From the NCBI RefSeq assembly GCF_009914755.1, contig NC_060935.1: a stretch of DNA of 64,000 nucleotides. One strand, written 5' to 3'. A program made the translations under genes and the position numbers. A model generated the notes under the pieces. The model had not been told where the DNA came from. It made no database searches and was given only the letters and a program-made list of their open reading frames with translations. Shown piece after piece: positions 1 to 11,580 of this stretch; the first letter of the stretch is position 1, and each line of letters opens with the position of its first letter. The DNA is from the human T2T-CHM13v2.0 reference genome, Homo sapiens.

Positions 1-1680
1 TTGCCCTAAATATCAATTTGATTGAGTTTATAATTATTCTCTGCAGATCTTCTAAATCCTTATTGATTATCTGCTTGTTGTACCAGCAATAGAGAGAAGT
101 AGGCCGAAGTCTTCACTAGGTTTTGGATTTATCTATTACTTGTTTTAGTTCTGTTAAACTTTATGTTTTATGTTGTGAAGCTATTAAGGACAAACAAATT
201 CAGTGGTTATATATCCTATTACATTGGGCCTCTCGATATTATGAAATGACTTTATTCCTAGCAATGTTTAAAGTATACATTGTTGTTGCCATAGCTACCT
301 CAGCCTTTTCATAATTAGTGTTTCTGTAACATATATTTTCTCCTCTTTTTAGTTTCAACTTTCTGTGTCTCTTGAGAGATTCATAGAAGTGTTTTTGTCT
401 TGTTTTTAATTCAATCTGGTTATCCTAGTCCTTTAATTGAAGTGTTTAGTTCATTTATATTAAATATAATTACAGAGATAATTGGGTTATATTTTTCTCT
501 TTCTTTCATATATATAACTAATAAAGTTTGTGTTTTCTTATTATTTCATTTTTTCTTCCAAGAACATGTTGGTGATATTCTATTAGTGGTTATTTAGAGA
601 CTAAAATATGCATCCTTGACTCTAAAATTTTATACAAGTTATAACATTGAAAACTTTTAGGACCTTAGAACCCTTTAAACCCATTTACTCCCTCTCACCT
701 ATTGTATCATCTTTCTTGCATTTTAGTTCTATATATATTTTAGACAACATAATGCATTGCAAATATCATTTTATTTAATCAGTATTCCCTTTTTTACCTA
801 CTCATGTACTTTTCCTGATGCATTTTTTTCTTGTGGCAGTTTTCTACCACAGTTGAGATAATTTTCCTCACAAATCTAAGAACTTAAGCCTTAAAAGCTC
901 TCTCTAGTATTTCTTGTAGTGCAGATTTTCTGTCAACCAATTATCTTAGCTTTTGCTTTGCTGAAAATGTCTTTACTCGCCTTTATTTTTGGAAGATATT
1001 TTCATTTGATATAGAATTGTAGGTGACAATGTGGGATTTTTTTTTTTCCCTGGAAGCATCATAAAATTGTCTTTCATTGTCTTTTGACTCCCACGGCTTT
1101 AGTTGACAAATCAGCTGTACATTCCACAATTGCCCCAATGAAGGCATTCTGTCTAATTCCTTTGGCTGCTTTTAAAAATGTCTGTAGTTTCTAGCAGTTT
1201 TACCACAATGTTCCTAGTGTGATTTTCTTTATATTAATTTTCTTCTTCAGTTTCATCAAACTTTTTGCATCTTTAGACTGATACTTTTCAACAACTTTGG
1301 AAAATTTTAGGCCATTCTCTCTTTATTTTACTATTATTTTGTTCTTCTATGTCTCATCTTGCATTTAACCTATCCAGCAAGTTCTTAATTTCAGATATTG
1401 TACTTTTCAGTTCTAGAATATATATTTGATTTTTTCAAAAACAATTCCAATTTTATTTTAATTATTTTTTCATCTTTTTCTTTATACAGTAATCATAGTT
1501 GTTTCAAATTACCTTACTGAGAACTTCAATATCTAGATCATCTGTGAGTCTGTTTCTATTGAATGTTTTTTCACATCTTCATTAGTCATATTTTTCACCT
1601 TTTTGTATATACAGTAATTTTTGACTGTGTATAAAAGAACTAGGCACTGTGTATTAAAAAACTACAGAGGGTCTTCATGG
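1..1680 (-). mobile_element. Old, diverged L1M (L1ME/L1MC-like) ORF2 5'/ORF1 remnant
   Basis: T-rich antisense L1 motifs, e.g. 'tctttactcgcctttatttttggaagatattttc...atagaatt' and 'actttggaaaattttaggccatt'. No intact ORF. Confidence 0.65.
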
Positions 1681-3039
1681 TTTTATATTTCAAAAAGAAC
1701 ATCCTATTTTCTCTGTTGGAGAGATAGGGTGAATGACTAATTTTAATACATGTAGACGTTCTGCTTGTCTAGGGCTGGGCTTCAGTTTTGTTGAGACTTT
1801 GCTTACCTCTCTTTACCTCCATTTCTAAAGTGTGACACTGCTGGACTTTTGACTGAGGTCCTGGCAGATCTTCTCATTTCCAAAAGACCATAGGAGATTT
1901 AACTTTGTGCTTCAAAGACTCTCAGCCCAGATCTCCAGCTTTACTCCTTCAAAATATGGTAAAATTCTTTATAAGGAGACAAGTCGTGTGCTTGAGACAG
2001 CCTACATAGTCTTGCAGGCTGGTCTTTTTTTTCTTTCTTTTCTTTTTTTTCCTGTAAGCATGGCAAGTCTGTAACTCTGCCTTTAGAAGCTTTCAGTATA
2101 GTTTTGCAGGCTCCTGTGCAAATTTCCAATGAGAAATTTAACGTTTTAAAAATTAGCTTCTCAAAATTGCTAGTTTTAAAATTATGTATCTTTCCTCTAT
2201 CTGGGCCAACCTAGATCCTTAGCCAGTAACAGAATTTTCAAATTCTCAAAAAAAAAAAAAAAGAAAGAGATAAAACAGGTAGCCATGTCAGTTTACCTCA
2301 AAGGATTATTTTCTTTCCTCATAAAAATTTAATTCATCTAATTCTCATTTTCTCCACAGAAATCTGATATCTTTAAAAGATACTTCTGAAACTAATTTCC
2401 CAGATTTTAAAATTTGTTACAGCAAGAACATTGGCTTGTTGTGCACAACTACATGTTGTTTGGAAGTGGATATCTCTTTGTAACTTCTACATGTTCAAAT
2501 ATGATGTGCTAAAAAGAGGAACTTGGGACAATTTCTGTAGAAAACATGTTTTCTCTAGAAATACACAAGGCACAATCAATCCTAGAACCCAGCAAAGTAA
2601 TTTCTTAAACCCTAAAATAATCTCCTCTATTTACTTATTAGTACTCAAAGTTTCACCATTTGAGATTTTTTTTTAAATATGAATTGTTGTCTTTGTTAAA
2701 CTGCAATGGGCAACACTCACATTATGCCCATATGCCATAGTATGAATTAACTTAATTTTATTGAAAGCAAATATAGGAAAAAGGCAGATTAGAAATGATC
2801 TGAAGACACAAAGTACCTGGGGAAGAGAGTGAGAAGGGATATAAAGGAAGAAGAAAAAAATAAAAACAAGAAATTTGCTGCCAGTTACCAAATCAACCAA
2901 GTGTCATACAGATTTCCTCTCTTCATGATCAGTAGGCATTGGGTAAGCACTAGTGATTCAGATCTTATAATAGTTGCATTTGGTGTTTATTAAGTACTGC
3001 TCGCTCTTGTAAGTGCTTCTATTATTGTATAGTTTCTAA

Positions 3040-3186
3040 CATTGATTTATATTTTACTTGACAATAATTGTATATATTGATGGTGCACAATATGTTATTT
3101 TGAAATATGTATACACTGTAGAATGGCTAATTGAACTAATTAACAGATGCATTCCCTCAAATACTTATTGTTTTTGACATTTAAAA
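3040..3186 (-). mobile_element. L1MA (MA8/9-like) 3' end fragment
   Basis: 'ttgacaataattgtatatatt...gaaatatgtatacactgtagaatggctaattgaactaattaac' matches an L1MA 3' UTR. Cut off by the L1PB at 3187. Confidence 0.7.
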
Positions 3187-3414
3187 AATTATTTATTTAT
3201 TTATTTATTTTTCCATAAGTTATTGGGGTATAGTTGGTATTTGGTTACATGGGTAAGTTCTTCAGTGGTGATTTGTGAGATTTTGGTGCACCTATCTCCC
3301 GAGCTGTATACACTGCACCATATTTGTAGTCTTTTATCCCTTGTCCCCAACCCACTCTTCCTCCCAAGTCCCCAAAGTCCATGTATCATTTTTATTCCTT
3401 TGCATCCTCACAGC

Positions 3415-3530
3415 TTAGCTCCCACATATCAGTGAGAACATACAACATTTGGTTTTCCATTCCTGAGTTACTTCACTTAGAATAATAGTCTCCAGTTTCA
3501 TCCAGGTCACTGCAAATGCTGTTAATTCAT
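3415..3530 (-). pseudogene. L1 ORF2p C-terminal remnant
   Basis: DELTAFAVTWMKLETIILSEVTQEWKTKCCMFSLICGS matches the end of L1 ORF2p. Confidence 0.85.
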
Positions 3531-3627
3531 CCATCATATATATATATTCGTGATGGAATACTACACAGCCATAAAAAGGAATAATATATATATATATTAT
3601 GGAATAGTATACAGCCATAAAAAGGAA

Positions 3628-3671
<44 letters not shown>

Positions 3672-3674
<3 letters not shown>

Positions 3675-4769
3675 CATTTATCTTTTGTATTTTTTTGTTG
3701 GTTTGTTTGCTTTTTCAATTTCATTTAGTTCTGCTCTGATCTTGATTATTTCCTTTCTTCTGCTGTATTTGGGTTTGGTTTGTTCTTCTCTAGTTCCTTG
3801 AGGTGTGACTTTAGATTGTTTGTTTGTGCTCTTTCAGACTTTTTGATGTATATATTTAGGGCTATGAACTTTCTTCTTAGCACCATCTTAGCTGTATCCC
3901 AGAGGTTTTGATAGGTTGTGTCATTATTGTCATTCAGTTTGAATAATTTTTAAATTTCCATCTTGATTTCATTTTTGACCCAATGCTCATTCAGGAGCAG
4001 GTTATTTAATTTCCACATATTTGTGTGGCTTTGAAGGTTCCTTTTGGAGTTGATTTCCAGTTTTATTCCACTGTGGTCTGAGAGAGTGTTTGATATAATT
4101 TCAATTTTCTTAAATTTATTGAGGCTTATTTTATGGCCTATTAGATGGTCTATCTTGGAGAAAGTTCCATGCACTGTTGAATAGAATGTGTATCTGTGGA
4201 TGTTGGATGAATTGTTCTGTATATATTTATATTTGTTAAGTCCATTTGTTCCAAGGCATAGTTTAAATCCATTGTTTCTTTGTTGACTTTCTGTCTTCAT
4301 GACCTATCTACTGCTGTCAGTGGAGTATTGAAGTCCCCCACTATTAATGTGTTGTGGTCTATCTCATTTCTTTGGTCTACTAGTAATTGTCTTGTAATTT
4401 TGAGAACTCCAGTGTTAGGTTTATATATGTTTAGAATTGTGACATTTTCCTGATAGACAAGGCCTTTTACCATTATATAATGTCCCTCTTTTTCTCTTTT
4501 AACTGCTCTTGCTTTAAAGTTTGTTTGGTCTGATATAAGAATAGTTACCCTGCTCACTTTTGGTGTCCATTTGCATGAAATGCCTTTTTCCACCCCTTTA
4601 CTTTAAGTTTATGTGAGTCCTTATGTGTTAGGTGAGTCTCCTGAAGGCAGCAGATAGTTGGTTGGTGAGTTCTCATCCATTCTGTGGTTCTGTAACTTTT
4701 AAGTGGAGCATTTAGGCCATTTACATTCAATGTTAGTATTGAAGTGTGAGGTACCCTTGCATTCATCAT
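3672..4769 (-). pseudogene. L1 ORF2p endonuclease domain remnant (frameshifted)
   Basis: ILTLNVNGLNAP, CCLQETHL, GDFNTPL, FSKIDH and SDHSGIKLEI APE-like endonuclease motifs spread across three ORF-track frames. Confidence 0.9.
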
Positions 4770-5015
4770 GCTCTTTTTTGCCTTTTTTTAATCATGTTTT
4801 TTTTGTTTTTTGCTTTTGCTTTTTAACTTGTATTTTTATCTTATAGATCCTATGTGATTTAGGCTTTAAAAGGTTTTGTCTTGATGTATTTCCAAGATTT
4901 GTTTCAAGATTTAGAGCTCCTTTTAGCAGTTCTCATAGTGGTGGCTTGGTAATGGCAAATTCTCTCAGCATTTGTTTGTCTGAAAATGACTGTATCTTTC
5001 CTTCATATATGATGC

Positions 5016-5773
5016 TTAGTTTTGTTGGATACAAAATTCTTGGCTGATAAATGTTTTGTTTGAGGAAGCTGAATATAGGGCCCCAGTCCCTTTTAGCTTA
5101 TAGGGATCTGCTGAGAAATCTGCTGTTGATCTGATGGGTTTTCCTTTATTGGTTACCTGGTGCTTCTGTCTCACAGCTCTTAGGATTCTTTCCTTCGTCT
5201 TAACTTTAGATAACCTGATGACAATGTGCCTAGGCAAAGATCTTTTTGCGATGAATTTCACAGGTATCCTTTGTGCTTCTTGAATTTGGATGTCTAGGTC
5301 TAGAGCAAGGCTGGGGAAGTTTTCCTTGATTATTCTCCCAAATATGTTTTCCAGGCTTTTAGAATGGTCTTCTTCCTCAGGAACACTGATTATTATAACA
5401 TAATCCCAGACTTCTTGGAAGCTTTGTTCATATTTTCTTATTCTTTTTTCTTTGTCTTTGTTGGATTGGATGAATTCAAAGACCTTGTCTTTGAGCTCCA
5501 AATTTTTTCTTCTACTTGTTCAATTCTATTGCTTAGACTTTCTAGAGCATTTCGCATTTCTAAAAGTGTATCTAAAGTTTCTAGAATTTTTTATTGTTTT
5601 TTCTTTAAGCTATCTATTTCCTTCAATATTTCTCCCTTCACTTCTTGTATCATTTTTTGGGTTTCCTTGCACTGGGCTTCGCCTTTCTCTTGTCCCTCCC
5701 TGATTAGCTTAATAACTAACCCCCTGAATTCTTTTTCAGGTAAATCAGGGATTTCTTTTTGGTGTAGATCCAC
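5016..5773 (-). pseudogene. L1 ORF1p remnant (frameshifted)
   Basis: EKEFRGLVIKLIRE, QEVWDYV, IIKENFPSLA, IQIQEAQRIP and PRHIVIRLSKV are ORF1p motifs. Confidence 0.9.
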
Positions 5774-6835
5774 TGCTGGTGAACTAGTTTCATTTTGGGG
5801 GGGTGTTTAAGAACCTTGGTTTGTCATATTACCAGAATTGGTTTTCTGGTTCCTTCTCATTTGGGTAGGCTGTGTCAGAGGAAATGTCTAGAGCTGAAGG
5901 CTGTTGTTCAGATTCTTTTGTCCCACGGGGTGTTCCCTTGATGTAGTGCCCTCCCCATTTTCCTGTGGTTGTGGCTTCCTGTGAGCCAAACTGCAGTGAT
6001 GGTTGTCTCTCTTCTTGGTCTAGCCACCCAGAGAATCCACTCGGCTCTGGGATGGTACTGGGTGTTGTCTGCACAGAGTCCTGTGATGTGAACACGCACA
6101 GGTCTCTCAGTCACGGCTACCAGCACCTGTTCCAGTGGAGGTGGCAGAGGGTGCAATGGACTCTGTGAGGGTCCTTAGCTTTGGTGGTTTAACGCTCTAT
6201 TTTTGTGCTGGTTGGCCTCCTGCCAGGAGGTGGCACTTTCTAGAAAGCATTAGCTGTAGTATCGTGGAAAGGGACCAGCGGTGGGCATGGCCCTAGAACT
6301 CCCAGGATTATATGCCCTTTGTCTTCCACTACCATGGAGGATAGGGAAGGACCATCAGGTGGGAGCGGGGCTAGGTATGTCTGACCTCAGACTCTCCTTG
6401 GGCGGGTCTTGCTACAGTTGCTATGGGTATGGGAGTGAGATTCCCAGGTCACTGGAGTTGTGTCCCTGGGAGGATTATGGCTGCCTCTGCTGAGTCATGC
6501 AGGTTGTCAGGGAAGTGGGGGAAAGCTGGCAGTCACAGGACTCACCCAGCATCCAAGCAAACTGAAGGGCTGGTCTCACTCCCACCATGCCTCCCGCAAC
6601 AGCCCCGAGTCTGTTTCCAGGTGGAAGGTGAGAAGGTCTTGAAAACTTGCCTGAGGCTTTATGCCTCCCAGAGTATTTGGAGTGTCTCCCAGGTCCTGCA
6701 GGAGCAGTCTGCTTCCTTCAGAGGGTCTGTTGGTCCTGTCAGGGTAGCTAGTTTGTTCTTGCAGTCAATCTGGAGGTGTCCAATAACTCTGTTTCAGCTA
6801 CTCCACAGACCATCCATAATGGGATCTGAGCAGCC

Positions 6836-6955
6836 AGTTCTAGCTGTTGAAAGTCTGGGATCAAGATGTTAGCAGAGGGGTTTCACCTGAGGTCTCTCTC
6901 CTTGGCTTGCAGATGGTCATGTTCTCTCTGGGCCTTTACATGATCTTCCCTCTGT
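6836..6955 (-). mobile_element. MaLR LTR (MLT1A/MST-like) internal fragment
   Basis: 'cagttctagctgttgaaagtctgggatcaagatgttagcag...ctctctccttggcttgcagatgg'. Confidence 0.6.
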
Positions 6956-7254
6956 CTTTTATTTTTTCGTGTGACAGAGTCTCACTCTGTCTCCCAGGCT
7001 AGAGTGCAGTGGCGTGACCTCGGCTCACTGCAACCTCTGCCTCCCTGGGTTCAAGTGATTCTCCTGTCTCAACCTCCCAAGTAGCTGGGGATTACAGGCA
7101 CACACCACCATGCTTGGCTAATTTTTGTATTTTTAGTAGAGACGGGGTTCTGCCATGTTGGCCAGGCTGGTCTTGAGCTCGTGGCCTCAGGTGATCCACC
7201 CGCCTTGGCCTCCCAAAGTGCTGGGATTACAGGTGTGAACCACTGAGCCCAGCC
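6956..7254 (-). mobile_element. AluS (Sx-like)
   Basis: Full dimeric Alu in antisense, ending 'ccactgagcccagcc'. No clear TSD. Confidence 0.95.
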
Positions 7255-7884
7255 TATTTTTGTATAAATGCTATAGACAAGAAAACTGTAGCAGAAAGTT
7301 TGACTTTTCAAAGATGACATGGCAAGAAAGAAATATATCTAGGTGTTTAAAACAGAGATACATTAGAACTGGAATAGGGCAGCTTTTTGCTTCTTTTTGG
7401 GGATGCATGGAAGTCCAATACTGACTTCTGCCCCACAATAAGGGGAGGGAGGGAGCTAGCTAATAATTTATTATGTGCTATTTAATTTTAAAATTGTTGG
7501 TGGCACCCATAGTCAATTTGTTTATATTGTTTATGGATGAAGAGACTGATGAATTATACCCAATTCAACTTGGGTTAAATATAACAATTTCTTGGTAGTC
7601 CATTATCTAGAGGTGAAATACATTTGCCACAACTAAGAAAGAACTTGGAGAGCTGTATTTCTAAATCTATTGCATCTCCATTACTTGGCTGCATTTTCTT
7701 TCGCCTTAGGTACCAGATCCTTTACCTTTATTAAAGTCTAATATGCGTATGCTTTGTGGAGTCTCGTGACAAACTGTTGAACTTTGTGTAACCCAGCCAG
7801 TCCACATTCACATCTGCTGCCTCTACATAGATACTTTATCTCCTAACTCACTCGCTGTCTTTAACAAGTTTGCAGTAACTTGAG

Positions 7885-8273
7885 GGAGAGTCTGTTTGTG
7901 CTGTTGTAACAAAATACTTGAGACTGGGTAATTTATAAAGAACCGAAATTTATTTCTCAGAGTTGAAGGCTGGGAAATCCAAGATACAGGCACTGGCAGG
8001 CTCATTGTCTGGTGAAGGCTTCTCTCTGCTTCCAAGATGGGAGCTTGTGGCTGCATCCTCCAGAAGGGAGCAATGATGTGTCCTTAAATGGCAGAAGGCA
8101 GAAGAGCAAGAGAGTTGAATGAAGCCTCTGTTATAGGGGCCTTAATTCCATTCATAAGGGGAGGAGTCCTCATGACCTAATCATCTCTTAAAGAACCCAT
8201 CTCTTAATACCATCACATTGGCCATTAAGTTTCAACATCTGAATTATGTAGGGGACACAGTCAAGCCATAGCA
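7885..8273 (-). mobile_element. MST (MSTD/MSTC-like) solo LTR
   Basis: 'gtaacaaaatacttgagactgggtaatttataaagaac' through 'caagccatagca' terminus. Confidence 0.85.
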
Positions 8274-8379
8274 GATGATCTTGAAAATAAGTCAGTGTTA
8301 GGCAATGTAATTGCTAAATTACATATTTTCAGAGGTGAAATGTCAGAGTTAGGAGTATCCAGCTCTAAGTCCAAGAGAG

Positions 8380-8890
8380 GATTAGAGAAAGGCTTCTCAG
8401 TGGTGGTGACGCTTGGATTTCAACTTGAGTGACAAATAGGATGTACCAGTTACAATGAAGGGAATAGCCATTTTAGCTTGAAGGAACAGTCTGTTCAATG
8501 ATAGAAAGAATTGACCAGGAATGGTGGATTCTGACATTGTTAGAAGATATAGAATGTGTGTGGTGGAAGATTATAGAAAAAAGAAAGAACCAAATGGGAA
8601 AAGTCCCTGCATGTAAAATCAGGGAGTTTGGAGGTTTTTCTACTGGAACTTGAGAGTATTAATGTATTTTAAGTAGAGGAGTAAAGTGGTCAGTTTTGAG
8701 ATTTAAAGACTCTACCCCTACAGCTAGTGTTGTCATGTGTAGCTACAGACATTATACCTTGTACAATTCTAGGGGATACCATTTACCTCTACTGCTGTGT
8801 AAATAATGCCCTCTGAAGTTGTGTAACAGGCAGTCCTGCTAGTGGAAGCATGGAAGATAGTTCTAAGAGGTGTTCATGGAGACAGGGAGA
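8380..8890 (-). mobile_element. L2 fragment (interrupted)
   Basis: 'gaaaggcttctcagtggtggtgac...aaggaacag...agggagtttgga...ttttaagtagaggag' is typical antisense L2. Confidence 0.5.
8745..8839. mobile_element. MER81-like hAT-Blackjack MITE
   Basis: Degenerate hairpin 'tgtacaattctagggga...tgccctctgaagttgtgta' followed by 'ggcagtcctg'. Confidence 0.55.
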
Positions 8891-8894
8891 CTAA

Positions 8895-9503
8895 TGTTAA
8901 ATGAAAACAAATCCAGACCGAAATAAGTAGGAAGTTTATTTGAAAAGATATGGAGATAGTTCTCTCTCTTGCAATAGAGAGAACTCTGACTATAAGATCT
9001 GCAAGTATCTTAAAGGTCAGACAGAAAAAGGCCTTTCTCTTATATGGCAGGGTAAACAAGGCTAGAAAGAACCAGGTTCAGGGAGTAGGACAGAGAATGG
9101 TTTTCCTGAGATCAGCTATGATGCTTGGGAGGTGCTTCAGGAGGAACAGTTCTGCTTTATGCTGCTGGATCAGGCTAGAGTCAATGTTCAGGTCCTATGG
9201 GGAGGAAACAAGTTTAAGTTTGGCCAAGTCAAGTAAACTAACATTTTGTTTGACCAATGGAGAAAAACAATTTAGCTAATCACTTATGAGGCCAAAAATG
9301 GAAATTTGGAGGATCTGTGTCTGGCCTTGTCCTAAGGAAGCAAGGGGCTATTAAGAAGTCTTAATTTACCTAAGTCACATCGGGAGGACTGGATCCTGGC
9401 AGTAAGTTTTTTTCCAGGAACACAAAGGTTAGGAAGATATATATTTTTTTAACTGTTGCTGTTTCCTGGGATTACAGGGATTAGATAAAGTTCAAATCTG
9501 TCA
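8895..9503 (-). mobile_element. ERV1-class solo LTR (MER90/MER92-like, subfamily uncertain)
   Basis: TG...CA-bounded block of about 610 bp inserted in L2, with reverse polyA signal TTTATT near the left end. Confidence 0.55.
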
Positions 9504-9769
9504 TGACTTAACAGACTGATGTAAATGTCCAGGGAAAAGAGTGGTTAGAAATTAAAATATTTACAGGTATTCCAAACCCAATGTGTTTGTGAGCCACGAT
9601 GAGTATCAACAAAGTGACATGCTTTTCTGGGGAAGAAAACAGAATTAATGTTGTTTTTCTGGCAAAACTAAATGTCTGCCTCCAACTGTCCCCACAGTAG
9701 AGCCCCTTTCTCTGATCTAATACTTACCTTTTACTCATGGATCTTCTGATACTCTACTCCTCACTATCT

Positions 9770-10232
9770 TATTAGGGTTGTTATAAGTACTAGAAATTAC
9801 AATGAATGTAAAGCATTAATAGCATTAAAAGAAAAACTTTAGACAAATTAAATTTAACAGAGTTTAACTGAGAGAAGAACAATTTGCGAATCTGACAGCC
9901 CCGAGAACCAGACAGGTTCAGAGTGACTCCAGGTCAGCTATGTGGTCGTATAACATCGCTGGACAAAAAGGAAAGCGACACAGAAACTTTAAGTGAGGGA
10001 CAGAAACAGCTGGACTGGTTACAGCTGGGCGTTTGCCTTATTTGAACTGCTTTGAACAGTTGGCAGCCCTTGGTTGGCTGAGACTCAGATACTTTTTACA
10101 CAAATAGGTTCCAGTCACCTTACACATCCAATTAAGTCACAGTTCACCATGTATGGAGAAACCTTTAGGCCAAACTTAATTTAACAGTACAGAGCTTGGT
10201 ATACAGTGAGCTCTCAATAATTGTTACCTGCT
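9770..10232 (+). mobile_element. MIR 3' part split by MER57
   Basis: 'agggttgttataag...atgtaaagca' resumes after the LTR as 'acagagcttggtatacagtgagctctcaataattgtta'. Confidence 0.6.
9823..10186 (-). mobile_element. MER57A/B solo LTR (ERV1)
   Basis: 'ttaaaagaaaaactttagacaaattaaatttaacagagttt...gaaacctttaggccaaacttaatttaaca'. Confidence 0.85.
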
Positions 10233-11259
10233 TTTGCTTTTTTTTTCATTCTTTTCCTTGCTGTAGCTGAACAAGAAATGTGTTGTCAATAAGTATGCAG
10301 ACCCAGCACAGGACCTTATTTAATGCATGGATATGGGAAACAGACTGAAACAAGACAAATCTGATAATTAATTACTAGTCAGTTTTTCTAGAAATGTATT
10401 ATAAATCCATGTATATAAATCAATGTTCCAAATGCCAAGGATAAAAGATGAATTTCTGCCCCACCTCTTCCCCCTACCCACCTTTTCTGCAAGGAGAGGG
10501 TCCAGGTATGAAGTATTTCTACCGCTTATCTAATTGGTATGCTGTAACGCATGTAAATTAGAGGTTTATTCCCCAGTCCTTCTTACAATTCATTGTCTGC
10601 AAGTTTCTGGGAGATAACTGGGAAACTCTTTCAACACTCTCCATTCTGTTACTTCCAGCAATTACCTGTAATTGTATCTCCAACTAAGACAATTAGTAAA
10701 TAAATACAAATTCTTTTTTCATGATTTTTGTTGATGCTATTTAAATTCTAAGAAGCTTTATTAATTTTGGCTGCTTATAATAATTTCCTTCTTTCTCCTC
10801 CAACCAAAATTGTTAAGTGCTCTGCTCTCAAAAGCTTGCTTGTTAGTCAATGAATTGCATGCAGTAAGTAAGACTAATATTCTGAAGGAAAAAAACAAAC
10901 TACCTTAGTGAAACCACTGAGACTACAGGGTGGTAGCAATTATATCTTAACAAAGAAAGGACACTGAAATATTTAATAAATATTTATTTACATTCATAAT
11001 AACTAAATGTATTAGTTTGACATGCATATATTTATCTCTCCATGCATCTGTTGTTGTTTTTTCTTGAAAAGTGATTAAAATAAAACAGAGATATACTTAT
11101 TTGCTCAAATGCTCTGCCTTCAGACATTGCTATATATGCACAAAAACTCCCAAGTAGTCTTACATGTAAATTTTAAATAGCAATTCTCTCAGCAGTCACA
11201 ACACATGCAATCATATCCCACCAATTCAAGCCAATAAGATGACGTATATTTAATTTAGA

Positions 11260-11580
11260 CCTTTGCTTGCAAAGTGCAGTTCATGGAAGCAGTAGCTGTA
11301 TCACTCAGGATCTTGCTAGAAATTTAGAATCTTGGGCTCCACCCTAGAACCCCTGAATCAGAATTTGCACTTTAACAAGAACTCCACATGATGCAAATAA
11401 ATGCACGTACAATTTGAGAAGCTCTGCTCTAGCCCAGGATGTACATTTCAATCACCTTTTAAAAACGCAATTGCCAAGCTTCTGGGCCAGATTTACTGAA
11501 TGCAAATCTCTGAAGGTGAGTCCCAGGACTTGGTAAAGATTTTTACAGGTGATGTTCATAAAAAGCCAGGACTGGAGATC
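11260..11580. mobile_element. Two adjacent MER5 (hAT-Charlie) MITEs
   Basis: 'ttgctagaaatttagaatcttgggctccacc...gaatcagaatttgcactttaacaag...tttgagaagc', then a second 'aatcacc...tactgaatgcaaatctctg...caggtgatg'. Confidence 0.7.

Larger units (their letters stand above)
3187..6775 (-). mobile_element. L1PB1-like LINE-1: 3' UTR, ORF2 with a large internal deletion, ORF1, most of the 5' UTR
   Basis: Tail (TTTA)n then 'ttttccataagttattggggta' (L1PB 3' UTR). The ORF track gives L1 ORF1/ORF2 peptides. L1PB-type 5' UTR at about 5830-6775. Confidence 0.9.

Noticed and set aside
3187-6775. Active LINE-1
   Set aside because: ORFs are frameshifted, the RT is deleted, the 5' end is clipped and the subfamily is old.
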